A stretch of DNA of 64,000 nucleotides from Candidatus Latescibacterota bacterium (GTDB taxonomy: Bacteria; Latescibacterota; UBA2968; UBA8231): the NCBI GenBank assembly GCA_965223905.1, contig CBDCXV010000010.1, forward strand, positions 960,001 to 1,024,000. The letters run 5' to 3'. The notes below the pieces were generated by a model that saw nothing but the letters and a program-made list of their open reading frames with translations, was not told the DNA's origin and ran no database searches. The position numbers and the translations under genes are program-made. Below are positions 9,981 through 19,988 of the stretch, piece by piece. Position 1 is the stretch's first letter, and each line of letters opens with the position of its first letter.

Positions 9981-11978
9981 TCAATACACCCTGATATGAT
10001 TGCCTCTCATGCCCGTAAACGCGTCCACCAACAGCCAGAAACCGGCCGCCACGAACTGTCCCAGTATGATCCCTATAAAGAACGGTTTCGTCCGTTCGTA
10101 AAGGCTGGGCCCGCCGTAGTTCAATACGAGGAGTTTAATCAGCCAGGCGCCCAGAATCGACATCCAGGTGGCGTTCAACATCCACGAAGAGCTCACCGCA
10201 AAACCGATGGGATGAAACGGCCACCAAGCAAAGGTATGGCGCGCGATCATCAGGCCGACCATGACTACCGCCCCCACCCCGGTCCATATCCACCCACCCA
10301 TATGCGGCTCGGTCGGATTCACTAGATGATATTCGGCGAATCGAGACGCCGACATGGCGTAGGTCTGGTAGTATCTGCCATTCAGATTGAGACCCCCATG
10401 TTTGTAGCCCAGATGGATCTGAAACCACGTGGCGGCCACCATGGCGATTATTGCGGCCGCACCGATGGCGAGAAAAACGCCCCGCCGATGGCGGGTGATT
10501 TCCGAGCCCATGCGCAGCGCGTTGGCCATGGGAGCGGTGACAAACGTGATAAAAGTTCCCGCCCACACCAGGGTGTATCCGGCTGCGACTACGCCTTTGA
10601 TACCCATGGCGGTGGCGCCGATGCCAGACATCACAAAACTGGCCGGCGTCATGGCGGGGGTGATGGTGGGCACCCCAGTTTCCGCGATAACACGCGCCAG
10701 CCCGATCATGATCACGAAGGTTGCGAAGATGAAAACGGGAACGATCCAGGCCGGGATGCCCGATTGCCATAACCACAGAAAAACGAAGGTCGTGCCGCCC
10801 AGAAAACAGAGGACGGCAGCCCGGTACGATATGATCTCCCGCGAGTCATCCACTGGCGCATCTTTGTTCCACGCCTTGTGCAGAACCTCCTTGAGGTGAG
10901 GCCGTGCGGTCCACAGACCGAAGACGACTAGAACGATCAGCGCTCCCATCATTTGGTGCCCGAAAATGTCCCCCCCTACGCCCCTCGTCGCAGCTCCCGG
11001 ACCCAGGTCTTGCGCGAGGTGAATGTCGAGAATGGCAAAGATGCCGCCCTGGAGTACGCGAACGACATAGAAGAACCACATGCCGAAGGCGACGCCTGTA
11101 TTGATGAAGTATGCAAAACCGAGCATGAGGAAATTGATGCGAAAGGTCACCTCGATTTGGTCGCGAAAAATCATCGTTTCCACCTGTCCCATGACGGCGG
11201 GAATCCAGGGGAAATAGTTGTGCAGGATGTTGGTGCTGTTCATCAGAAAGGAGAAGATGAAGCCGGCCCACATGACCGGATTCTTGAAAAACGGCTTGAC
11301 AATCGAATCGGGGCTGCCGTTGTCCTGCAACATGGCCAGGGGCACTTGGGCCACTGGAAACGCCAGGCGTTCATGATCCACCCACTGGCGCCGGAGAATC
11401 ACCAGCGCGCTGAGCAGCATGAGGTGGTAGGCGAGGAAGAAGAGAAGCCAGCGCAGCAGGACCGGCATCCACAGGAGCCACGGAATGCGGTCGGCGCTTT
11501 CCCCAAGGTACAGGTCCCGGACCGCCTCGGGCTCGTCGAGTACGAGCCACTCCGCCAGAATGGGATGGATAAGCTCTGCCCAGTTGTTCTCGGGGCTGGC
11601 ATAGAAAGTACCCCCGGTGACCATCACCACGACCTTCTGCGCGACGCCGCGGTTGGGAATGTGCGTGGCTATCGCCATCATGATGAATATGACCACCAGC
11701 TCGCCGGGACGTAGATGCCAACCGCGGTTGAGCAGAGCGAGGAATACCTGGACCGTCAGGAGGAGGACGAAGAACAGAATGAAGGCGGCCGGCGTGCACG
11801 AGCTTAGGCCGATGCGCGACCCGTGGATGACGTTTATCGTGTAGGGCAGGATCAGCGCGATGCTCAACGCCGAGAGCGAGCCGATCACGAGGCTGCGGGG
11901 CGAAATCGCCCACCGATCGCCATGCTGCGATGAGCCGGTCGTCTCGCTGTGGCGCCCGTCAGAGATTATTGAAACCAC
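9981..11978 (-). CDS. DUF6785/DUF6784-family membrane protein, paralog 2
   Basis: RRQWVDHERLAFP and WWPFHPIG; collinear with paralog 1. Putative GTG start at 11978 directly after an AAGGGGG run. Confidence 0.82.
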   Translation of the reverse strand: MVSIISDGRHSETTGSSQHGDRWAISPRSLVIGSLSALSIALILPYTINVIHGSRIGLSSCTPAAFILFFVLLLTVQVFLALLNRGWHLRPGELVVIFIMMAIATHIPNRGVAQKVVVMVTGGTFYASPENNWAELIHPILAEWLVLDEPEAVRDLYLGESADRIPWLLWMPVLLRWLLFFLAYHLMLLSALVILRRQWVDHERLAFPVAQVPLAMLQDNGSPDSIVKPFFKNPVMWAGFIFSFLMNSTNILHNYFPWIPAVMGQVETMIFRDQIEVTFRINFLMLGFAYFINTGVAFGMWFFYVVRVLQGGIFAILDIHLAQDLGPGAATRGVGGDIFGHQMMGALIVLVVFGLWTARPHLKEVLHKAWNKDAPVDDSREIISYRAAVLCFLGGTTFVFLWLWQSGIPAWIVPVFIFATFVIMIGLARVIAETGVPTITPAMTPASFVMSGIGATAMGIKGVVAAGYTLVWAGTFITFVTAPMANALRMGSEITRHRRGVFLAIGAAAIIAMVAATWFQIHLGYKHGGLNLNGRYYQTYAMSASRFAEYHLVNPTEPHMGGWIWTGVGAVVMVGLMIARHTFAWWPFHPIGFAVSSSWMLNATWMSILGAWLIKLLVLNYGGPSLYERTKPFFIGIILGQFVAAGFWLLVDAFTGMRGNHIRVY

Positions 11979-11991
11979 CCCCCTTGAGTTT

Positions 11992-13990
11992 TCACCACCG
12001 GTGGAGCCAGTGCGACACCGGAAGCCATATTCGATCCACACCCCTCGCCAGGACGACGCCGAACACGTAACCTACTGTCAGCCCGTAGAACAGGGGCTTT
12101 CCGGCCGCGTAGAGTCGCACACCGCCGCAGCGCAGCAGATAGTACTTTGCTATCCACACCACCAGCAGGCTGAACCAGTAGAACCGCACACCTACGCTGT
12201 ACTGAAACGCAATTCCCACCGGATGGAAGGGAAACCAGTGAAAGCGCAGCCGCAGCCAGGCGATTCCTGCAGCTTCGAAGAAACCCGTTAGCCATACGGC
12301 CCACTTGTCCACCGCCGCCACAGCGGGTTGGCCGATCAGTCGCACCATGTCGTCGAGGCTTCGGTCGTTTCCGCCCGCACCCGTGTTCGTGAAACCGTAA
12401 ACATAGTCGATGGTGGTCCCCGCTATGGCGAGAAAGCAGATGCCAAAGGCGACGAGCAAGGAAGCCGTAACCCACACGGGCTGCCGTTTGATTGAAAAGA
12501 TCCGCAGGTGGTGTACGATCGCGGGCCAGCCCGGAATGCGTCCGCCGGAGCCCATGAACAAATTGCCGGTGATGAGTTTGAAGCCCACGACCGAGCGCGG
12601 CGACAGGTGCTTTGTGCCCACCAGGTGGAGAATGAAGGACTCTCCTTTGAGATGGGGGTGCGTGGGAATGAGATAAGCAAATCCGGTAGCCGCCATCAGC
12701 TTGACTGTGACGAAGTGGGCGAGGGTAACCAACAGCAGCAGACCCACTGCCAGAAGCGGGCTTGCCCCCAGTGCCATGATCCAGCCCGTGACATAGATTC
12801 CGGAAACCCCCAGCCCGAAGAGTGCCCTCGGTACTGCCTCGTGTCGCTCTGGTCTCCTTCTCCGGAGAATGCCTGTCGCCAGATGGCACGAAGATGCCCA
12901 CGTGCCAACCAGATGGACCAGAGGGCAATAAAGATGAGGGCCCCGTAGCCTTCCATTTTGAGGATATCGACAACACCCAGCTGGTCCGCTTCAGAGCCGC
13001 CGACCGTCAACCCGGTCCTGCTCATGATCCACTCTTTGGGCAGGGTCAGCCAGTAGAAAACAATCAAGCTGGCGAGAATATCCAGCGGGCACAGATAGGC
13101 GACGGCGAGAACGAGGGGCAACAAGCGAATCGAGATACCAATGTGTTCGTCCAGTTCGACGCTATACTCTTCGAAGAAGATTTTCGTTTTCGGCAGCCCG
13201 GGCAGAAAGTACCCCGCCGTGTTGTAGACGGCGGGCAAGAAAACGGCAACGACGCCCACCCAGAAGAGCCAGGATTTGAATATGTGGGGAACGCGTCCTG
13301 GCCCTTCGCAGCCAGTTGTGAGATCGAGCGGCATCTGGGCCAGAGGAAATGCCAGTTTTTCCCCTTCGGCCCAGTGGCGCTGAAAGAGCACGAAGATGCA
13401 AAATCCGAATACCATCATGCCCATGGAGACGCTGAACCACTGGCCAATGGCGCCAACCCATCCTCCCCACGGTACCGTCTCACCCTGATCGAGACCGTAC
13501 CAGAAACCATTGATGACCCTCGGCTCGGTGCTGGCGAACACGTGCCAGGGCAAGATGTCGAAGAGGACCTCTTCCCACCGGTTTTCAGGTCCCGCAAGGT
13601 GAGTCGGGAGCGGCAGCATTGTTACGACATCCACCATCCAGCCATTGAGGGGCATGGTGCCCGCTACCCATCCCGTGGTAAATATTGTCAGTAGCTCGCC
13701 CCTGCGTAGCGCCAGGCGGGGGACGAAGGTTCTGAGCAGGGAGTTGAAGAAGAGCCAGAAGACGAAGGAAATGAGGACCATCAACGGGAGCTGGGAACTC
13801 ACCGAAAGTAACAGTAGCTGCACCACTAACCAGAAGGAGACGACACCCAGCAGCACAGCTCGCAGGGGTAATGGCGGGACCGGACTCCTCCGCCTCTTCC
13901 CCCCGTAGGTCGAGTGTGCGCTCCTTCTGCTGGTGATGGTTCGCCGGGAACTGCGTCTGAAACTATTCTACGTCCTTCATCCGCCACCAT
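11992..13990 (-). pseudogene. DUF6785/DUF6784-family membrane protein, paralog 3 (frameshifted)
   Basis: QRHWAEGEKLAFPL (ORF 12696-13856) and WFPFHPVG (ORF 11992-12777) lie in different frames. Shifts at short G/C runs near 12826 and 13866; ATG at 13990. Confidence 0.78.
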
Positions 13991-14296
13991 GCCGGCGGCC
14001 CCCTTGAGTTTTCACTATCATCTGACATGTAATGCGTCCGGACCGAATCTCATTCACAGGCATTTGGTTCGGTGAGGGCGTCCGCTGTCGAGACAATCGC
14101 AGAGGTCATCGTCACGGCGGCCTGCCGTACTGGGTGAAGTCGACGAGGGCGCGAATGAAGAACGTCCAGGTGTCGAATTCCCTGAACCTTTGGAAGTCGT
14201 CGTCTGGAAGTCGTCGTCGTAATCCTGGTTGTCTACCGTCAGCGCCTGGTATCGCCGTCAGGCTCGCGCCATAGGGTACTCCCAATCCCGGTGCGT

Positions 14297-14540
14297 CTTG
14301 CGCCAGTGCAGCAGCTCGTCGTCTTCGGCGGTGGCGATCCACGTACCGGCCTTACAGCCGTGGTAGCTGATCGTCGTCACTCCCTCGTTATTGACAAACG
14401 CCCCGCCGCTCAAGATGCCGCCGGGCTTCCCAGCGCACCTGCCCCCACCGCGTAGCCCGACGGCGGACACCGCTGGCGGCACCGACCTGGTGCACTGGAC
14501 GTTCCACCGGCCGGCCCTGGTCCCGGCTCCGGGCGATCCT
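14297..14540. pseudogene. Scrambled GH32-family remnant with pieces on opposite strands
   Basis: Plus strand TDLVHWTFHRPALVP (14481-14540); minus strand SGGAFVNNEGVTTISYHG..WIATAEDDELLHWRK (about 14297-14420). Both match consecutive segments of the GH32 at 59.6-61.1 kb. Confidence 0.7.
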
Positions 14541-14642
14541 GGAGGTGCGGGTCAAATGGCCGTGGTCAAAGATCGGGTCCATCAAGTGGTGCCTGGATGC
14601 GCTTGGCTTGTCTGTCCCCTCAACACAACAAGGTAAAATCTC

Positions 14643-15593
14643 ATGAGCTCACACGACTTCAGACTCTCCATGTACCTTACCGAAACGCAATTGCCCTTTG
14701 AGGAAGCCCTGGACCTGGCCGCCGAACTCGGAGTCAAATACATCTGGTACATGTGCAACGGTGAGGTCAGCGGTAGGGCAGAAGACAAGGCCCTCGTCGA
14801 CATGAGTGACGCCGAGCTCGACGGGATGCAGGCGAAGGTGAAATCCCGAAACTTGGAGTTCTTTCTGCTTCTGAACAGGCCCCACTTTAAGGGCATCCAG
14901 CTCAACGAATTCGACCTCGACAACATGGAGGAGCATCCGACCTTCAAGCGGGATTTCGACGAACTGGTGCGCACCATGGAGATCGCTGGCTATCTCGGCG
15001 TTCCCGCCGTCAACATGTATTCCTTTCTGTGGCCCGGCGAGCTCGCTGGCAAGCAGACCTGGCCGATGCGCTGGATGACCCGCGGTGGTATCATCTCGGA
15101 TTTGGATATGGACAAGCTGGCAAAGGCGTTCTCGCTCGTAATGGAACAGGCTGAGCGCCACAACGTCGATGTCGCCCTATCCATGATGCCGTGGAACTAT
15201 ACCAACACCACCGGCAACTTTCGTCGCATCGCCGAGCGCGTCGGCTCCCCTCGCATGAAGGTGATGTGGGGCCCGGCCGACAACACCAACTGTGGTGAAT
15301 CGGACACGGCCACCGCCGGGTTTCACAATCTTCGACCGTATCTCTACGGCTTGCACATTAAGGACCTTCGCGTCAACGACGGCTTGAGCCTCGATTTCGA
15401 GTATTGTCCGTTTGGCGAAGGAGACACCGATTATCCGACCGTCTTCCGCAATCTGCGGGACCACGATTGCGACGTCTTCGTCTCCCTGGCAACCCATTTC
15501 CAACCACCGGGCGGCACCACCGTGGATGCCATGCGCATCAACGCGGCCAATGTCAAGAAGCTTCTCGAGCAGGTGGAGGACGGCGGAGACTGA
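14643..15593 (+). CDS. Sugar phosphate isomerase/epimerase (xylose-isomerase-like TIM barrel)
   Basis: EEALDLAAELGV, LHIKD, PFGEGDTDY motifs. Confidence 0.8.
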   Translation: MSSHDFRLSMYLTETQLPFEEALDLAAELGVKYIWYMCNGEVSGRAEDKALVDMSDAELDGMQAKVKSRNLEFFLLLNRPHFKGIQLNEFDLDNMEEHPTFKRDFDELVRTMEIAGYLGVPAVNMYSFLWPGELAGKQTWPMRWMTRGGIISDLDMDKLAKAFSLVMEQAERHNVDVALSMMPWNYTNTTGNFRRIAERVGSPRMKVMWGPADNTNCGESDTATAGFHNLRPYLYGLHIKDLRVNDGLSLDFEYCPFGEGDTDYPTVFRNLRDHDCDVFVSLATHFQPPGGTTVDAMRINAANVKKLLEQVEDGGD

Positions 15594-15957
15594 CTGTTCC
15601 AGCGCCATGTAAGAGCGGGTCGTCGATGATCGCACGGGGGCGGCAGATCTTCCTCGCGCATGCGCCCATCGCCAGTGGCGGGGGGAAGGTGGCCGGGTCC
15701 TGGTCGGCGATGTACGGGTAGACCCTGTGGTCGTGAATCCGAACACCGGCTGCGGTTGAGATCACGAACGCCAGAATCTCCGAGAGCCGAAACTCGAAGA
15801 CCAATCACTTCGATCGGGGTACTGTAACCAATGCTACCCATTAACGCGTCCAAGTTCTCACAGCAAACACCTGCGCCAAGAGATTCTCCGCCAAAAAGGG
15901 TCTTTGTAAGTCCTATCCGTCACTTTTTTCTGCTCCGTAAGCCCGGGGGTTATCTCG

Positions 15958-17160
15958 TCAATTTCTTTTGTGGAGTCCCCCCTCGTGTATATTCATAGCA
16001 AGATTTCGGAAGTCGCGGATACGATGGACCGTGCACAGGTCGGCATCGTGCTGGTTGCCCGCTTCATAGCTCGTACGGGACAACATGATGATGTCGTCGC
16101 CGGCGATCACGGGGCTTGGGTACATGAAACTCCGTTTGATGTGGCCGGGCCAACAAGCCACGCAACCGGCAGGAAACCAGTTGAGACAGTCGATGCTGTA
16201 ATGGAGAAAGAGCCAGCGGCGCTCGTTGCCGGGACCTCCCATGAAGCCCGACTCACGCATGCGATGGCCCCAGCCGAGAAGATCGTGGGAGTTGGTGGCC
16301 AGATTGCCCAGCAGCCAGTACATCTCGTTTGGCTGGTCGTGCATGACGAAAAACTTGCACTGACCTCCTGGCCAGGAAACAAATTGCTGGAATTCCAGCC
16401 GATCTGTATCCGGTTCGTATTCCAGCACGCCGGCAATATTCGTGCTGGCATAGTCGTCTATGGTGCAGCGGTTGAAAACGCGGATGCGCCCATTGACTTC
16501 CACTGTATTGGGTTCGACCCACCCGAACGCGCATGGCGGGTCGCGGGAGATCTGCGGGGTGCGACCCGGCGGAAAATGACTGCCCGTCAGCGAGTCGGGC
16601 AGTTCGGGCCGCGGCACGGCATTGGAGTAGCTCCAGGCGTCGGGATCCAGCGGCGAGCCGCTGCGGTCGTACTTCACCATTACCATGCAGTTGCGGCTTC
16701 TCTCGTCCATCTCGCCCTCGATGGCGTAGTCCATCGCCCAGTACAGCGCTTCCGGCCGGGCGACCATGGCGGTAGAGATGTTCCAGAAGGAGCCTTCCAG
16801 TACCATCTGCGCCGGGCTCCACGTGCGTCCACGGTCATCGCTGGACACGATATGAAAATCCCGATGACTGGTATGCTGGACGAACATCAGCAGCTGGCCG
16901 TCGAGAACGAAGGGTGTGGCCTCCTCGTACGGAAGGGGCGACAGTTCCTCCCAGGTTTGACCTTCGTCCCGGCTGAGCAGCATGCGAACGGTGCGCTCGA
17001 CCTCTGGCCGATCGCGACCCCACTGCGGCGCGGCAATCAGCAGGCTGTCGTCGTCCAGCCGGGTCATATTGGGGTCGTGAAAGAAGTAATTTTCCGGGTC
17101 GGGAACCCGGGCAGCTACGGTGTACTTCTGGGCAAGAGGTTCCACGTTTGGATTCGGCAT
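15958..17160 (-). CDS. Exo-alpha-sialidase-like BNR/Asp-box beta-propeller protein
   Basis: Asp boxes SRDEGQTW, SDDRGRTW, SIDCLNW; no RIP motif. Confidence 0.7.
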   Translation of the reverse strand: MPNPNVEPLAQKYTVAARVPDPENYFFHDPNMTRLDDDSLLIAAPQWGRDRPEVERTVRMLLSRDEGQTWEELSPLPYEEATPFVLDGQLLMFVQHTSHRDFHIVSSDDRGRTWSPAQMVLEGSFWNISTAMVARPEALYWAMDYAIEGEMDERSRNCMVMVKYDRSGSPLDPDAWSYSNAVPRPELPDSLTGSHFPPGRTPQISRDPPCAFGWVEPNTVEVNGRIRVFNRCTIDDYASTNIAGVLEYEPDTDRLEFQQFVSWPGGQCKFFVMHDQPNEMYWLLGNLATNSHDLLGWGHRMRESGFMGGPGNERRWLFLHYSIDCLNWFPAGCVACWPGHIKRSFMYPSPVIAGDDIIMLSRTSYEAGNQHDADLCTVHRIRDFRNLAMNIHEGGLHKRN

Positions 17161-17510
17161 GGAATTCAGGCCTTCACAGGACGGCCATCGAGACTTCCAA
17201 AGTACGACCGTTCAAAGGGACGGACCAGCATTCCAGATGCGACCGGCGGCCGCCGGAGATCGATGGCTGGGGGTCGACGAGCAGGTCGTCGGTCACATTT
17301 AGACGAAATGCCTCGACGCCGGCGGAGGTTGCCTGTCGTTGAGATCTTTTCCAGCCTCCCGTATGAAATGGTCGATGGGCTGTTTTCGGACTATCCTTAC
17401 TCTGACTAACGATTTTGGCCTATGCTACTGCTCGTGTCCCCGAGTTAGTGCTCTCTGCTCACAGTTTGCTGGCTGCCAGCCCTGGAAACCTCATCGCGGA
17501 AGGCCTCATC

Positions 17511-17650
17511 ATGGACCGTGAGAAATTGAATATCGGCATCATAGGGTACGGTTTCATGGGCCGCGTCCATTCCAATGCCTACCGTCAGGTCACGCGTTTC
17601 TTTGACGTGCCGTACGAGCCCGTCCTCAAGGTGGCTGCGGCGCGCTCGTC
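17511..17650 (+). pseudogene. Gfo/Idh/MocA oxidoreductase N-terminal fragment
   Basis: [24 protein letters not shown]; truncated and joined to the next gene. Confidence 0.75.
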
Positions 17651-18143
17651 GGAGCGATACTACGTCACCCCTGCGCATAGGGTTCGTCGGCTGCGGTCGT
17701 CACGGAGCCGAGCGCATCTATCCGTCGCTGAGCTCTGCCGGCCTGCAACTCATAGCTACCTGTGACCTCGACCGCGAGCGGGCAAGACTCTATGCCCGGA
17801 GATTCGCGCCCGAAGGCCGAGAGATCCCAACTGACTATTCCGACCATCGTGAGATGTGCGAAAGCGAGGAGCTCGACGCCGTGCTCGTCGTCACGGGCCC
17901 GCAGGGACATTACGAGATCACGAGAGAGGTCGTTGGGGCCGGCCTGCCTGTGTGAGAGGAAAAACCACCGGCTCCCACAGCAGCACAGGCGCTGGAGGTG
18001 GCCGCCGCAGCGGAGAAGGCCGGCGTTCACGTGCAGGTGGGTTTCAACTATCGGTATACGGCGGGTGTGCGCCGAGCGCGGGCACTCATAGACTCCGGCG
18101 AATTCTCGACACCGCGAGCCGTGGCGGTGCGCTGGTGGCTAGG

Positions 18144-19313
18144 CTAGTGTGGTGTCCGAGAAATAGGTTTCATTAACTGATTCCCCCGTATTATCTTTCC
18201 GGTATGGCCCGACCCATCTCCAAAGTGGACCTTACCGAACCGGAAAGACAAGAGCTGGAAGGCCGCGTCAAAGCGTCGACCGCGTCGCCGCGCGATAGCC
18301 TGCGCGCGGCGATTATCTTGCGTCGCGCCGAAGGGATCAAACAGGCGCAGGTGGCCCGGGAGCTTGGGGTCAGCGTGGCGTGTGTGAACAAGTGGTCGCA
18401 ACGCTTCGAACGCGACGGTTTGGACGGGTTGCAGGATGCGAAGGGCCGCGGGCGACCGCCCTCTCTTCCCTCCGATAAGGTCGAGCAGGTCATCACCGGT
18501 GCGACGCAGCCGCCGAAACCGCGTACGCGGTGGACGGTTCGCACCATGGCTCAAGCCGTGGGGATGTCGCCGGACAGCGTGCACCGCATCTGGCAGGCCA
18601 ACGACATCAAGCCCCATTTGACCAAGACCTTCAAGGTGTCTGATGACAAGCGCTTTGAAGAGAAGTTTTGGGATGTGATCGGACTGTATCTCGATCCCCC
18701 CGAAAAGGCCCTGGTCCTGTGTTGTGACGAGAAGTGCCCGTGTCAGGCGTTGGAGCGCAGTCAGCCGGGCTTGCCTTTGGGGGTGGGGGAGCTTCGCACC
18801 AGGACGCACGACTACAAACGCCACGGGACGATCACCCTGTTTGCCGCGTTGAACTACCTGGACGGCAAGCTCATCGCGCGCACCGAGGAGCAGCACACCC
18901 ACGTGGAGTGGCTGCGCTTCTTGAAACAGATCGACCGAGAAACCCCGAAGGAGTTGGATCTGCACCTGATCGTCGACAACTACAGCACGCACAAAGAAGA
19001 CAGGGTCAAACAGTGGCTGTCTCGGCACCGGCGCTTTCACCTCCATTTCACTCCGACCAGTTCGTCCTGGTTAAACCTGATCGAACGCTTCTTCGGCGAA
19101 CTGACGCAGGACGTGATCCGCGATGGCAGCTTCTCCAGCGTCAAAGCGCTGGTGAAAGACATCGAAAGCTATCTGGCCGAGAGGAACCGGAACCCCAAGC
19201 CCTACAAGTGGAAGGCGCGAGGCGAGGACATCCTGCGCAAGATCCAACGCGCCCGGCAGGCGCTGGAAGCCCAAGAATAGTTAATTCCATCCATTTAACG
19301 GACACTACACTAG
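18144..19313 (+). mobile_element. IS630-family insertion sequence (apparently intact)
   Basis: Ends ctagtgtggtgtccg and cggacactacactag form inverted repeats with 1 mismatch, including CTAG targets. Confidence 0.93.
18204..19280 (+). CDS. IS630-family transposase
   Basis: HTH, CCDEK, HDYKRHGT, LIVDNYSTHK, TPTSSSWLNLIERFF. Confidence 0.95.
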   Translation: MARPISKVDLTEPERQELEGRVKASTASPRDSLRAAIILRRAEGIKQAQVARELGVSVACVNKWSQRFERDGLDGLQDAKGRGRPPSLPSDKVEQVITGATQPPKPRTRWTVRTMAQAVGMSPDSVHRIWQANDIKPHLTKTFKVSDDKRFEEKFWDVIGLYLDPPEKALVLCCDEKCPCQALERSQPGLPLGVGELRTRTHDYKRHGTITLFAALNYLDGKLIARTEEQHTHVEWLRFLKQIDRETPKELDLHLIVDNYSTHKEDRVKQWLSRHRRFHLHFTPTSSSWLNLIERFFGELTQDVIRDGSFSSVKALVKDIESYLAERNRNPKPYKWKARGEDILRKIQRARQALEAQE

Positions 19314-19988
19314 GGGACCGGGACGGAAGTCATTACGTCGAACACTATCTCTGCCACGCGATCGACCTGCTCGCCTACCTCGCAGGCGGCCTGGACGGGA
19401 TGCATGTCCACAAGGCGGAGGGGGAAGACTGCTTCTACTATCTCACGACCTTTGACGGTCGAGGATGTACCGCGACTCTCGAGGCGAGCAACAATATGTA
19501 CATCGGCGCGACCTGGTGTCGGATAGACTGGCTCGGCAAGTCCGGGTTGCTCACCTGCGAAGGATTCGAGGAGCTGAGCCTGACGTCCGGGAAGGAGGAC
19601 GCAAAGAAAGCGGAGGGGCTTGGCGATGGCGGAGCTATAACTCGATGGGTGCCTCCAGGCAGCCTACCGCGGCCCGAGAGCTCCCTGCACGAGCGCTGGG
19701 GATACGTTCCCGAATTGAGGCTGTTCGCCGCCACCGTTCGCGGCGAGGCTGAGCCAGAGTCCACGATCGCCAAGGCAGCCGACGCAATGCGGATCGGCGA
19801 GGAGATTGTTTCAGTGAAAGCGTCATAAAAGGCAGCGCTGTTCGCGTACCGCGACTAGCTTCTGACCATGATTCCGGCGTCGCAGCGGTAAACGGGGTCA
19901 CGTGTCGCGCGACTACCTGACTTGCGGTTTCAGATACACTACCCAAACCGAGCCCCAGTAAACGGTAGCGGACTCAAGGGGAATCAAC

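Larger units (their letters stand above)
17651..19828 (+). pseudogene. Gfo/Idh/MocA oxidoreductase interrupted by IS630, with an internal stop codon
   Basis: LRIGFVGCG...GLPV*EEKPP (in-frame TGA at 17953-17955)...VGFNYRY...RWWLG, then the IS, then DRDGSHYVEHYLCHAIDLL. Confidence 0.82.

Noticed and set aside
15553-15853. Small minus-strand ORFs after the isomerase
   Set aside because: Possibly a gene remnant, but no family could be recognised.
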